Assembly: GCA_902770595.1 (NCBI GenBank)
Contig: CACXTQ010000007.1
Span: 237-64,236, forward strand
Direction of reading: 5' to 3'
From: an uncultured Bacteroidales bacterium
GTDB lineage: Bacteria > Bacteroidota > Bacteroidia > Bacteroidales > UBA3663
Length of the DNA: 64,000 nt
This document shows positions 63,397-64,000 of this stretch, piece after piece; the first letter of the stretch is position 1, and each line of letters opens with the position of its first letter. The notes beneath the pieces are model-generated. The model was not told where the DNA came from, did not search any database, and worked only from the letters and a program-made list of their open reading frames with translations. Position numbers and translations under genes: made by a program.

Positions 63397-64000
63397 ATGC
63401 TCGCCCTAAGAATCGCCCTGCGCTACCTGTTCAGCCGCAAGTCTCATAGTGCCATCAACCTCATCACGTTGGTGGCCGCATGCGGTGTGGGCATTATCAC
63501 AGCCGCGATGATCTGCATGCTTTCGGTCTTCAACGGCTTCGAGGGCCTCGTTAGCAGCCTCACGTCCCGGTTTGACCCCGACCTGCGTCTGCAGCCCGCT
63601 GTCGGCAAGACCTTCCACGACAATGACACGCTGCGCAGTCTTCTCCTCTCCCATCCCGATGTTGAGGCCGTGGGCGTCACTCTTGAAGAGACTGTCCTGC
63701 TCAGTTACGGAGGGCATCAGCTCCCAGCTCGTATGAAAGGAGTCGATGCCACCTTCGAACAGGTCACCTGCATCGACAGCATCCTCCTCGGCGAAGACGG
63801 CTTTCTCCTCAAGGACGAAGTAGCCGACTACTGCATCCTCGGTGCGGGCCTTGCCAGCGTTGTCGGAATCAATCGAGGTTTTGTGCGTCCTCTCACTGTC
63901 TTCTGTCCTCGTCTCGTCGGCAAAGGAACTATTGATGTTACTCACCCCGAGGATGCCTTTTCCGAAGCAAACCTCTACTGCAGCAATATTTTCATGGTCC
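63397..64000 (+). CDS. LolC/E-type ABC permease (partial, runs off window)
   Basis: MLALRIALRYLFSRKSHSAINLIT...LSVFNGFE...FDPDLRL, read manually. Confidence 0.85.
   Translation, partial: MLALRIALRYLFSRKSHSAINLITLVAACGVGIITAAMICMLSVFNGFEGLVSSLTSRFDPDLRLQPAVGKTFHDNDTLRSLLLSHPDVEAVGVTLEETVLLSYGGHQLPARMKGVDATFEQVTCIDSILLGEDGFLLKDEVADYCILGAGLASVVGINRGFVRPLTVFCPRLVGKGTIDVTHPEDAFSEANLYCSNIFMV

Overview
Window from a Bacteroidales (Prevotella-like) chromosome, judged from TTTG-N20-TAnnTTTG promoters, a SusC/SusD locus and the Prevotella-type C-terminal sorting domain. Bases 1-~15396 are the right arm of a temperate prophage. It carries a putative tail protein, a frameshifted major capsid gene, a ClpP prohead protease, an iteron-rich origin-like segment, a foldon/tyrosine-phosphatase cassette, a primase-helicase, early genes and a repressor, and ends in a duplicated tmRNA 3' end (att). 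The host region holds SemiSWEET, DUF4861 and manA, then an accessory island (two adjacent 42-bp-period arrays of 28-bp hairpins, an Imm33/DUF2185-like gene, an AAA_14-DUF4143 ATPase, an ADP-ribosylglycohydrolase). Next come an esterase/ATP-grasp/glutamate-cysteine ligase/GATase operon, a PUL (SusC with a 1-bp frameshift, SusD, GH2, GH30), a peptide-fimbrillin-3.3k-aa surface protein operon and an inositol-lipid cluster. Core genes follow (addA-like, TPR lipoprotein, xerD, aroQ, O-methyltransferase, rbfA, lolC/E). The most unusual signal is the pair of hairpin arrays at 18493-19356, where geometry (28-bp palindrome plus 13-14-bp linker) is conserved across three unrelated hairpin sequences. All family calls come from motif recognition by eye; no searches were run.
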